Origin: Archangium sp.
Lineage (GTDB): Bacteria > Myxococcota > Myxococcia > Myxococcales > Myxococcaceae
Length of the DNA: 32,000 bases
Assembly: GCF_036277355.1 (NCBI RefSeq)
Contig: NZ_DASUNC010000037.1
Coordinates: 112,378 to 144,377, forward strand
Direction: 5' to 3'
In this document: in pieces, positions 24,763 to 32,000 of the stretch
Layout of the letters: each line of letters starts with the position of its first letter
How positions within the stretch are numbered: the first letter of the stretch is position 1
The notes under the pieces: generated by a model
What the model was told of the DNA's origin: nothing
The model's input: only the letters and a program-made list of their open reading frames with translations
Database searches by the model: none
Position numbers and translations under genes: made by a program

Positions 24763-25692
24763 ATGCCCCCGAGAGCTCGAGGATCCACAGGGCTGAGCCC
24801 GCGAGACGCCGCTCGCCTGCGCCCCTGCCTGGATGCCTTCCTGGCGTCGACGGACAGCCGGGCGCGCATCGCGTTCGATCCGCTCGAGTTTCCCCACCGC
24901 TACCGCGACCCGAGGGACATCGAGGTGAGCGCGCTGCTGGCCGCGGCCCTGGCGTACGGGCGCGCGGACCTGTTCCGGCCCAAGGTGGATGCTCTGCTCG
25001 CGCGCATGGGCCCGTCCCCGGCCGCCTTCGTGCGCGCGCTGGATGTGGCCGGGGCGCGCGAGCTGCTCTCGGGCTTCGTCTACCGCTTCAACGTGGGCAC
25101 GGACGTGGCGGTGCTGCTGCTGGGCATGGGCCGGGCCCTGCGTGAGCTCGGGAGCCTGGAGGCGCTCTTCGTCCAGGGGCTGGAGGCCCGGGGCTCCTGG
25201 CATGGCGCGCTGGATGCGTTCACCTCCGCTCTGCGGGACGTGCCCATGGAGCCCCTGCGCGAGGCGCTCGGGCCCGAGCGCGGGTTGCAGCACCTGTTGC
25301 CCTCGCCCCTCGGAGCCGGCGCGGCCAAGCGGCTCAATCTGTTCCTCCGGTGGATGGTGCGCGGCCCGGATGGCGTGGACCTCGGCATCTGGACGCGGGT
25401 GAGCCCCTCGGCGCTGCTCATCCCGCTGGATACGCATATTGGACGGATCTCGAAGCACCTGGGGCTGACCCGCCGCAATGACCTGAGCTGGCGCACCGCC
25501 GAGGAGGTGACGGCCTCCCTGCGCGCCCTGGATGCCTCGGACCCCGTGCGCTTCGACTTCGCGCTGTGTCACTACGGCATGAGCGGCGTGTGCCCCACGA
25601 AGCCCATTCCGGAGAATTGCTCCCGGTGCAAGTTGCTCCCCGCGTGTTCCGTGGGACAGAAGACCGTGAAGGCGCGGAGCCGCGTGAAGTGA
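24763..25692 (+). CDS. TIGR02757/DUF2400-family protein
   Basis: Track ORF 24763..25692. Recognised from blocks DPLEFPHRY, YRFN, LLPSP..GAAKRLNLFLRWMVR, IPLDTHIGRISKHLGL, and a C-terminal Cys cluster (CHYGMSGVCP...CSRCKLLPAC). The family assignment is from memory. Confidence 0.65.
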   Translation: MPPRARGSTGLSPRDAARLRPCLDAFLASTDSRARIAFDPLEFPHRYRDPRDIEVSALLAAALAYGRADLFRPKVDALLARMGPSPAAFVRALDVAGARELLSGFVYRFNVGTDVAVLLLGMGRALRELGSLEALFVQGLEARGSWHGALDAFTSALRDVPMEPLREALGPERGLQHLLPSPLGAGAAKRLNLFLRWMVRGPDGVDLGIWTRVSPSALLIPLDTHIGRISKHLGLTRRNDLSWRTAEEVTASLRALDASDPVRFDFALCHYGMSGVCPTKPIPENCSRCKLLPACSVGQKTVKARSRVK

Positions 25693-25694
25693 TG

Positions 25695-25730
25695 ACCCTC
25701 ACCCCAGCCCTCTCCCAGAGGGAGAGGGGG
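25695..25730. repeat. REP-like intergenic element, copy 1 (hairpin CCCTCTCCC-AGA-GGGAGAGGG)
   Basis: The element reads ACCCTCACCCCAGCCCTCTCCCAGAGGGAGAGGGGG, with a 9-bp perfect stem. It starts just after the TIGR02757 gene stop. Confidence 0.75.
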
Positions 25731-25760
25731 CACACACGGGGGCAACCCAAGGGGTCCGAT

Positions 25761-25795
25761 ACCCTCACCCCGACCCTCTCCCGGCGGGAGAGGGG
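25761..25795. repeat. REP-like intergenic element, copy 2 (hairpin CCCTCTCCC-GGCG-GGAGAGGG)
   Basis: The element reads ACCCTCACCCCGACCCTCTCCCGGCGGGAGAGGGG. It is a direct repeat of copy 1 at 66-bp spacing. Confidence 0.75.
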
Positions 25796-25849
25796 AAGGC
25801 TACCTCCTGAGTGGTTGACGGGGACGCCGCGAGCGGGGATACACGCCCC

Positions 25850-26878
25850 ATGACGTTGGCCTCGGTCGTCGGACAGCCTCGCGCCATCGACGCGCTCCTC
25901 GCGGCTCTGCGCGGCGGCTCCGTTCATCACGCCTATCTCTTCGCCGGCCCCGAGGGGGTCGGCAAGGAGCTCGCCGCCGTGGGGCTCGCCCAGGCCCTCA
26001 CGTGCCCGGAGAAGCCCGATGAGGGCTGTGGCTCCTGCTCCAGCTGCACCCGCATCGCCAAGGGCGCCCACCCGGACGTCTCCTGGCTCATGCCCGATGC
26101 CCAGCGCGTCGAGCGTGGACTCGCGGGGCGCTCGGACATCCAGGGCACTCCCAGCCGGGAGATCCGCGTGGAGCAGATCCGCGGGCTGCTGGAGCGCATC
26201 ACCCTGCGCGGGCTCGAGTCCAAGCGCAAGGTGGCCATCGTGGTGGATGCGCACATGATGAACCCGCAGGCGCAGAACGCCTTCCTCAAGACGCTCGAGG
26301 AGCCGCCCTCGGACACCACGCTCATCCTGCTGGCCTCGGCGCCGGACAAGATGCTGCCCACCATCCGCAGCCGCTGCAGCAAGGTGCACTTCGGCCCGCT
26401 GCCCGTGGCGCTCGTCGCCGAGCGGCTCCAGAAGGAGCGCAAGCTGGACGCCCAGACGGCGGAGCTCGCGGCGGTGATGGCGGGCGGCAGTCTGGGGCGC
26501 GCCCTGGCGTTGGACCTCGAGGCGCTCGCGGCGCGCAAGGACGTCATCAGTGGCTTCGAGGCCCTGAAGCCCGGCGAGGTGGGCGCCATGCTGCGCTGGG
26601 CCGAGACCTTTGGCGCCTCGCGCGAGGAGGCCGAGCAGGCGTTGTCCATCCTCTCCATGTGGACGCGGGACGTGTCGCTGGCGAAGGCGGGCGTGGAGCG
26701 GCTGGCCAACCAGGACATGCTGGAGCTGGCGCGGGAGGTGGCGGCGCGCACGCACGAGACGGTGCTGCACCGCCGGCACGCGCTGCTGGAGAAGACGAAG
26801 GCGACCATCGTGGAGCGCAACGCGGCGCCGAGGCTGCAGCTGGAGCGGATGCTCATCGAGCTGCTGGAGGGGCGATGA
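25850..26878 (+). CDS. holB: DNA polymerase III delta-prime subunit
   Basis: Track ORF 25811..26878, trimmed to ATG 25850. Motifs: HAYLFAGPEGVGK, zinc module CPEKPDEGCGSCSSC, NAFLKTLEEPP, and TIRSRC. Confidence 0.85.
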   Translation: MTLASVVGQPRAIDALLAALRGGSVHHAYLFAGPEGVGKELAAVGLAQALTCPEKPDEGCGSCSSCTRIAKGAHPDVSWLMPDAQRVERGLAGRSDIQGTPSREIRVEQIRGLLERITLRGLESKRKVAIVVDAHMMNPQAQNAFLKTLEEPPSDTTLILLASAPDKMLPTIRSRCSKVHFGPLPVALVAERLQKERKLDAQTAELAAVMAGGSLGRALALDLEALAARKDVISGFEALKPGEVGAMLRWAETFGASREEAEQALSILSMWTRDVSLAKAGVERLANQDMLELAREVAARTHETVLHRRHALLEKTKATIVERNAAPRLQLERMLIELLEGR

Positions 26879-28191
26879 GCGCGGACATCGAGGACGTGCT
26901 GGACGAGGCGAAGGCCGGCAAGGTGGCGCCGCTCTACCTGTTGTCGGGCGAGGAGTACCTGGTGCGGCGGGGCGCGGACGAGCTGGTGAAGGTGCTGCTG
27001 CCGGACGCGTCGGCGGGGTTGAACTTCGCGGTGCTGGACGCGGGCTCGCCGCGCGAGGTGGCGCAGGAGCTGGCCACGTTGCCCCTCTTCCCCGGGCGCA
27101 AGGTGGTGCTGGTGCGCGATCCGGAGTTCCTCGCGCCGAAGAAGGGCCGCGGGGACGCGCTGGGCAAGGCGCGCGAGGCGTGGAAGGCGGGCAAGCGCAA
27201 GGAGGGCGCGCGGCGGCTGCTGGCGCTGGCGGCGCGGGCGGGGTGGGGCGTGGAGCAGCTCGATCCGGGGGCTTCGGGCGCGCCCTCGGTGGACCAGTGG
27301 AAGGACGAGCTGAACGTGGACCTCGCCGAGGCGGACCTGGTCTTCCTCAAGGAGGTGGCCACGTTCTGCCGCGAGGAGCGGATTTCGGCGCCCGAGGGTG
27401 ACGCGAGCGCGCTGCTGGAGCTCTTCCAGAAGGGCGTGCCGCCGGGGCACGCGCTGGTGCTGGCGGCCTCGGAGGTGGACGCGAAGAATCCGCTGGTGAA
27501 GCTGGCGGCGGACAAGGGCCGCGTCGTCGAGCGCAAGGTGGCGGCGCGCCACAAGGACTTCGAGCTCGAGCCGCTCGCCGAGGAGTTTCTCCGGCCCTTC
27601 AAGAAGAAGCTGGGCAAGGGCGCGGCGGAGCAGCTCAAGGAGCGCATCGGCGGCAACGTGCGGCTCCTGCAGTCGGAGCTGGAGAAGCTGGCCACGTACG
27701 CGCAGGGCCCGGTGATCGAGGCCCAGGACGTGGCGCTGCTGGTGGCGCACACGCGCGAGGAGGAGTTCTTCGAGCTGTCCGAGGCGCTGCAGAACCGCAA
27801 CTTCAAGGCGGCGCTGGACTACACGATGGACGCGATGGGACAGGGGGTGCACGGCCTGCAGCTGCTGGGCGCGGTGGCCTCCATCACGCGCGGCATGCTG
27901 GAGAACCACGAGCGGCTGGAGAAGTACGCGGGCGGCTCGCTGCCGCGCTCATACCCGGACTTCAAGTCGCGGGTGTTCCCCCGGGTCGAGGAGGAGGCCA
28001 AGGCGGCCAAGGGCAAGGCCCCGCACCCGTACGCGGCGTTCCTCGCGATGCAGGGGGCGGCGCGCTACAAGCGGCGCGAGCTGCTCGACGCGCTGGTGGC
28101 GTGCGCCGACGCGGACCTGGCGCTCAAGTCCTCCGCGAGCGGCAAGCTCGTCATCGAGCGGCTGCTCTGGACCGTTTGCGGGAGCGCCTGA
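26875..28191 (+). CDS. holA: DNA polymerase III delta subunit (long form, 438 aa)
   Basis: Part of track ORF 26659..28191. ATG 26875 overlaps the holB stop (ATGA). PLYLLSGEEYLVRR, LPLFPGRKVVLVRD, and the C-terminal helical domains (LQSELEKLATYA) fit HolA. Confidence 0.75.
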   Translation: MSADIEDVLDEAKAGKVAPLYLLSGEEYLVRRGADELVKVLLPDASAGLNFAVLDAGSPREVAQELATLPLFPGRKVVLVRDPEFLAPKKGRGDALGKAREAWKAGKRKEGARRLLALAARAGWGVEQLDPGASGAPSVDQWKDELNVDLAEADLVFLKEVATFCREERISAPEGDASALLELFQKGVPPGHALVLAASEVDAKNPLVKLAADKGRVVERKVAARHKDFELEPLAEEFLRPFKKKLGKGAAEQLKERIGGNVRLLQSELEKLATYAQGPVIEAQDVALLVAHTREEEFFELSEALQNRNFKAALDYTMDAMGQGVHGLQLLGAVASITRGMLENHERLEKYAGGSLPRSYPDFKSRVFPRVEEEAKAAKGKAPHPYAAFLAMQGAARYKRRELLDALVACADADLALKSSASGKLVIERLLWTVCGSA

Positions 28192-28705
28192 CGGGCTTTT
28201 CGCTGGGGGCCGCGCGCTGCCCGGCGCCCTGGGGCCCGTAGAGCGGCAGCCCGGGGCTGCGGACGTACTCGAAGATGAGCGACGTCTCCAGGTGGGCCAC
28301 CTCGGGCCGCGTGGTGAAGGCGTCCATGCCCAGGTCCCTCAGGTGGTCCGCGTCCCGCACCGCCACGTGCACGAGGAAGTCGTTGGCTCCCGCCACGTGG
28401 TAGACGGCCAGCACCTGCGGCAGCGACAGCGCGTGGTGCCGGAACTCCTCCACCATCTCCCGCGAGTGCTGCCTCAGCCGCACGGCGATCATCGCCTGCA
28501 GCCCGATTCCCACCGCGCGCGGCTCCACCTCGGCGTGGAAGGACTTGAGCACGCCCGTCTCGCGCAGCCGCGTCACCCGCGCCAGACAGCTCGACTGCGC
28601 GAGCCCCACCTCCGCGGCCAGCTCCTTGTTCGACAGCCGCGCGTTCTTCTGCAGCGCCTCCAGGATGGCGAAGTCGATGGCGTCCAGGTTCGAGGTTCCT
28701 TCCAT
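28151..28705 (-). CDS. Lrp/AsnC-family transcriptional regulator with a basic C-terminal tail
   Basis: Track ORF 28151..28705. The HTH is [47 protein letters not shown], followed by an AsnC-type ligand domain. The 3' end overlaps the holA 3' end by 41 bp (convergent). Confidence 0.88.
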   Translation of the reverse strand: MEGTSNLDAIDFAILEALQKNARLSNKELAAEVGLAQSSCLARVTRLRETGVLKSFHAEVEPRAVGIGLQAMIAVRLRQHSREMVEEFRHHALSLPQVLAVYHVAGANDFLVHVAVRDADHLRDLGMDAFTTRPEVAHLETSLIFEYVRSPGLPLYGPQGAGQRAAPSEKPVRRSRKRSRAAAR

Positions 28706-28871
28706 GTGGGGAAGCGTATTCCGGTCAGCGCGGGTTCACCCGGCCGAAGTGTCGAACTTGAACCTGCTCCGCGGAGTGAAATCCGTCCAACGGACAGAAA
28801 GAGGGGGCGGTTCCGGCGAGGTGGCCATCCTCCCTGGTGGGGACCGCGCTCAAGTGGTAGCGCATGATGTC

Positions 28872-29729
28872 ATGCTCCACCGTGAAGACGTGTCTCTCCG
28901 GGCTTCGAAGCCCCTGGCCCACGACATCCTGTCCCGCAACAACGTCCAGGTGACGGGCCGGGGGACCCAGCCGATCCTCTTCGCTCACGGCTTCGGTTGT
29001 GATCAGCACATGTGGCGCTTCGTGGCCCCCGCCTTCGAGGCGGACTACCGGGTGGTCCTGTTCGACTACGTCGGCTCGGGCAAATCGGACCTCCACGCGT
29101 ACAACCGCGAGCGGTACTCCAGTCTGAATGGCTACGCGGAGGACATCCTCGACATCTGCCGGGCGCTCGACCTGAGGGACATCATCTTCGTCGGGCACTC
29201 GGTGAGCAGCATGATCGGGCTGCTGGCCGCCATCCGCGAGCCCGAGCGTTTCCATCGTCTCGTCCTGGTGGCTCCCTCGCCCCGCTACCTCAACGAGGCC
29301 CCCGACTACGTGGGCGGCTTCGAGCGGCAGGACATCGAGGAGCTGCTGCAGACGATGGACAAGAACTACATCGGCTGGGCGAACTTCCTGGCGCCCAGGG
29401 TGATGAACCGGCCAGACCGGCCGGAGCTGAACCAGGAGCTGACGGAGAGCTTCTGCTCCACGGATCCGACCATTGCCCGGCGGTTCGCGGAGGTGACGTT
29501 CTTCTCCGACAACCGGAAGGATCTCCCCAAGCTGACCGTGCCCTCGCTCATCCTCCAGTGCTCGGAGGATTTGATCGCGCCCAGGCAGGTGGGCGATTAC
29601 CTTCACAGGAACCTGGCGCGCAGCACGCTGCGGCTCACTCGTGCCACGGGTCACTGTCCGCACATGAGTGCTCCCGAGGAGACCACCTCCCTCATCAAGG
29701 ACTACCTGGGTCAGGGCTCCATGTCCTGA
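28872..29729 (+). CDS. RsbQ / KAI2 / D14-type alpha/beta hydrolase
   Basis: Track ORF 28545..29729, trimmed to ATG 28872. It is near-colinear, from memory, with B. subtilis RsbQ: [40 protein letters not shown], nucleophile elbow [26 protein letters not shown] (Asp), and GHCPHMS (His). Confidence 0.88.
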   Translation: MLHREDVSLRASKPLAHDILSRNNVQVTGRGTQPILFAHGFGCDQHMWRFVAPAFEADYRVVLFDYVGSGKSDLHAYNRERYSSLNGYAEDILDICRALDLRDIIFVGHSVSSMIGLLAAIREPERFHRLVLVAPSPRYLNEAPDYVGGFERQDIEELLQTMDKNYIGWANFLAPRVMNRPDRPELNQELTESFCSTDPTIARRFAEVTFFSDNRKDLPKLTVPSLILQCSEDLIAPRQVGDYLHRNLARSTLRLTRATGHCPHMSAPEETTSLIKDYLGQGSMS

Positions 29730-29754
29730 CGCCGCGTGAGAAGAGGTCGAGCCG

Positions 29755-30951
29755 ATGCAGCCCATGGACGATGCGTTGAACACCGCGCCCTGTGGGGTCT
29801 TCTCGTTCACCGATGACGGGACCCTCGTGGCCGTCAACGGCACGTTGGCGGAGATGCTCGGGTACGGCACTGGAGAGCTGGTGGGCGGCCGCGTGGAGTC
29901 GTTCCTGACGCTGGCCAGCCGCATGTTCTACCAGACGCATCTCTTCCCGATGCTCCGGATGCAGGGCAAGGCGGAGGAGATCTTCCTCTCGCTGCGCTCC
30001 CGGAGCGGGGAGAGCATCCCCGTGCTCCTCAACGCCGTGCGCAAGGAGCACGAGGGGGGCGTCGTCAATCAGTGCGCGCTCATCCCGGTGCGCAACCGCG
30101 GCAAGTACGAGGACGAGCTGCTGGCGGCGAAGCGGACGGCGGAAGAGGCGCTGCGCAACAACGAGGAGCTGACCCGGGCCCGGCGGGAGCTGGAGCTGCA
30201 TGCCCGGGAGCTGGACCAGAAGCTCAGCCGGCTGGAGCAGAAGAACCAGGAGCTCACCCGCATCAGCACCATCCTGTCCCATGACCTGCGAGAGCCCATC
30301 CGCAAGCTCTCCATGTTCTCGAGTCTCTTCACCCAGCAGGACCGCCAGGTGTTGTCGGCGACGGGCCAGCGCTCGTTGGATCGGATCAAGCTCCAGAGCG
30401 CGAGGATGGAGCAGCTGGTGATGGCGCTCCAGGAGTTCGTGTCGCTGGACGACACCCAGGAGCCGCTCGAGGACGTGGAGCTGGGCGATGTGGTGGGTGG
30501 CGCCCGGCAGCTGGTGACCGAGAGGGCCGGCACGATGATGGAGCTGCGCAGCGAGCCGCTCCCCGTGCTCCAGGGCCGGCGCCGGCAGCTGATGATGTTG
30601 TTCTTCCAGCTGCTCGACAACTCGGTGAAGTTCCGCAGGCCCGAGGAGAGCCCGCGGATCGGCATCGAGTGCCACGTCATCCAGCACAACACCTACCGGG
30701 CCAACACGGGCAGGTACCACTACACCGACTTCGCGCGGATCCTCTACGCGGACAACGGGATGGGGTTCGACAACCGCTACAGCGACTACGTGTTCGAGGC
30801 GCTGAAGAAGCTGGATCCGGACAGCCCGGGGCAGGGCATCGGTCTGGCCATCTGCCGCAAGGTGGTGGAGAACCACAACGGCTCCATCTCGGTGGAGTCG
30901 GAGCCGGGACGCGGAACCCGGTTCACCCTGCTGCTGCCCTTGCGGCAGTGA
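29755..30951 (+). CDS. Cytoplasmic PAS-domain sensor histidine kinase (PAS - coiled coil - HisKA - HATPase_c)
   Basis: Track ORF 29755..30951, starting 25 nt after the hydrolase stop. The PAS-like N-terminus reads FSFTDDGTLVAVNGTLAEMLGY. H-box ILSHDLREP, N-box LLDNSVKF, G1 DNGMGFD, G2 GQGIGLAICRKVV. No TM segments. Confidence 0.88.
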   Translation: MQPMDDALNTAPCGVFSFTDDGTLVAVNGTLAEMLGYGTGELVGGRVESFLTLASRMFYQTHLFPMLRMQGKAEEIFLSLRSRSGESIPVLLNAVRKEHEGGVVNQCALIPVRNRGKYEDELLAAKRTAEEALRNNEELTRARRELELHARELDQKLSRLEQKNQELTRISTILSHDLREPIRKLSMFSSLFTQQDRQVLSATGQRSLDRIKLQSARMEQLVMALQEFVSLDDTQEPLEDVELGDVVGGARQLVTERAGTMMELRSEPLPVLQGRRRQLMMLFFQLLDNSVKFRRPEESPRIGIECHVIQHNTYRANTGRYHYTDFARILYADNGMGFDNRYSDYVFEALKKLDPDSPGQGIGLAICRKVVENHNGSISVESEPGRGTRFTLLLPLRQ

Positions 30952-30952
30952 C

Positions 30953-30987
30953 GGGCCCTGGCCGAAGCCGATTCGGTCCCAGGCCCC
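30953..30987 (+). terminator. Weak composite hairpin after the histidine kinase gene
   Basis: GGGCCCTGG...CCAGGCCCC forms an outer stem with one mismatch. It encloses CCGAA-GCCGA-TTCGG. No U-tract follows. Confidence 0.25.
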
Positions 30988-31079
30988 TTGCGCCGCACGG
31001 TTCCGCAGCCTATTCGATGTCTCTCCGCTGCATGGATGCGTAATTTCTTCCCGTGCCCCTTGGACGGGAGGAAATTCGG

Positions 31080-32000
31080 ATGAAGAAGCTCGGGTTCGAA
31101 ACGCGTGCGGTCCACTCTGGCCGGGAAGACCTGGCCGGGCTCGGCGTCCATGCGCCGCCGATCGATCTCTCCACCACCTATCCCGTGGGCAGCATGGGGG
31201 GCATCGGCGAGTGCTTCGACGCGCTCGCCCAGGGCGGTCCCCTGCGGGACAACCCCATCTACGCCCGGCTGCACAACCCCACCGTGGTGCGCTTCGAGAA
31301 GGCGCTGGCCGCGCTGGAGGGCGCCGAGGAGGCGGTGGCGTTCGGCTCGGGCATGGCGGCGCTGACGGCGGTGCTGCTCGCGGCGCGCCAGGGCGGCAAG
31401 CACGTGGTGGCGTGCCGTCCCGTCTACGGCGGCACGGACCATCTGCTGGACAGCGGCCTGCTGGGCGTGGAGGTCACCTGGACGCATCCGCACCACGTGA
31501 GCAAGGCGCTGCGTCCGGACACGGCGCTCGTGGTGGTGGAGACGCCGGCCAACCCCACGCTGGCGCTCATCGATGTTGCCCGGGTGGTGGCGCAGGCGGG
31601 CGAGGTGCCGGTGCTGGTGGACTCCACGTTCGCCACGCCGGTGCTGCAGAACCCGCTGGCGCTCGGGGCCTCGCTGGTGCTGCACAGCGCGACGAAGTTC
31701 CTCGGCGGGCACGGTGACGTCATGGGCGGCGTGGTGGCCACGAACGCCGTCTGGGCGGCGCGGCTGCGCCAGGTGCGCATCGCCACGGGCGGCGTGCTCC
31801 ACCCCGAGGCGGGCTACATGCTGCACCGGGGCCTCGCGACGCTGCCCGTGCGCGTCCGCGAGTCGCAGCGCGGTGCCATGTTCCTCGCGCAGCGGCTGGC
31901 CTCGCACCCGGCCGTGTTGCGCACGTGGTACCCGGGGCTCGCGGGGTGTGATCCCGAGGGCCTCATCGGGCGGCAGATGCGCGGGCCCGGGTGCCTGCTG
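31080..32000 (+). CDS. Cys/Met-metabolism PLP-dependent enzyme (cystathionine gamma-synthase/lyase or methionine gamma-lyase family), N-terminal 307 codons
   Basis: Not in the ORF track, because no stop codon falls in the window. Hand translation from ATG 31080 (GGGAGGAAA upstream) gives MKKLGFETRAVHSGRE...PPIDLSTTY...YARLHNPTV..FE.ALAALEGAE.AVAFGSGMAA...VETPANPTL..ID...VDSTFATP..QNPL.LGA.LVLHSATKFLGGHGD. The PLP Lys lies in SATKF. Confidence 0.88.
   Translation, partial: MKKLGFETRAVHSGREDLAGLGVHAPPIDLSTTYPVGSMGGIGECFDALAQGGPLRDNPIYARLHNPTVVRFEKALAALEGAEEAVAFGSGMAALTAVLLAARQGGKHVVACRPVYGGTDHLLDSGLLGVEVTWTHPHHVSKALRPDTALVVVETPANPTLALIDVARVVAQAGEVPVLVDSTFATPVLQNPLALGASLVLHSATKFLGGHGDVMGGVVATNAVWAARLRQVRIATGGVLHPEAGYMLHRGLATLPVRVRESQRGAMFLAQRLASHPAVLRTWYPGLAGCDPEGLIGRQMRGPGCLL

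Noticed and set aside
25566-25853. 95-aa ORF covering the REP-like elements
   Set aside because: Its sequence is simply the translated repeat (LTPALSQRERG / LTPTLSRRERG). It overlaps the 3' end of the TIGR02757 gene out of frame and has no start context.
25933-27909. 658-aa minus-strand ORF opposite holB/holA
   Set aside because: It is antisense to genes with clear clamp-loader motifs. The sequence is low complexity and Arg/Leu/Gln-rich.
30952-31079. Possible SAM or other riboswitch upstream of the trans-sulfuration PLP enzyme
   Set aside because: I could not recognise conserved SAM-I, SAM-II or SAM-SAH core sequences or a convincing multi-stem junction. Only short hairpins are present, one of which sequesters the RBS. 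A covariance-model scan would be needed.

Overview
The window is about 70% GC and shows the usual high-GC artefact of long spurious ORFs on the antisense strand and in alternate frames. Gene content and style point to a myxobacterium (Myxococcales, Cystobacterineae type). The clues are lipoproteins with WxVG...LHWDG propeller repeats, CCCTCTCCC/GGGAGAGGG REP-like hairpins, and a SitA-like lipoprotein toxin. This taxonomic call is inference only. I support 26 protein-coding genes and one gene remnant. Two real genes at the window edges are missing from the supplied ORF track because they have no stop codon in the window: speA at 1..1179 (-) and a trans-sulfuration PLP enzyme at 31080..32000 (+).

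The core backbone contains these genes:
- speA
- a ClpX paralog without a zinc finger
- an Hsp70 / J-protein / CvpA operon
- PolX-PHP
- Rieske plus a His-rich MoaB
- holB-holA
- Lrp
- an RsbQ-like hydrolase plus a PAS histidine kinase

The accessory or unusual content is:
1. 8.9-11.5 kb: a lipoprotein polymorphic toxin with a C-terminal PD-(D/E)xK (Tox-REase-5-like) nuclease, followed by an Imm52-like immunity gene. Twin perfect palindromic operators sit upstream. A sharp GC drop starts inside the toxin 3' end.
2. 14.5-20.2 kb: an uncharacterised module. A 2-TM / double-RCK / double-RyR-repeat membrane protein is divergently transcribed from two translationally coupled DUF4140/DUF4139 (MuiA-like) paralogs.
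3. 20.2-22.5 kb: a decayed CBM-GH6 cellulase remnant and a lower-GC secreted RNase T2.

I saw no rRNA, tRNA, CRISPR array, integrase or transposase.
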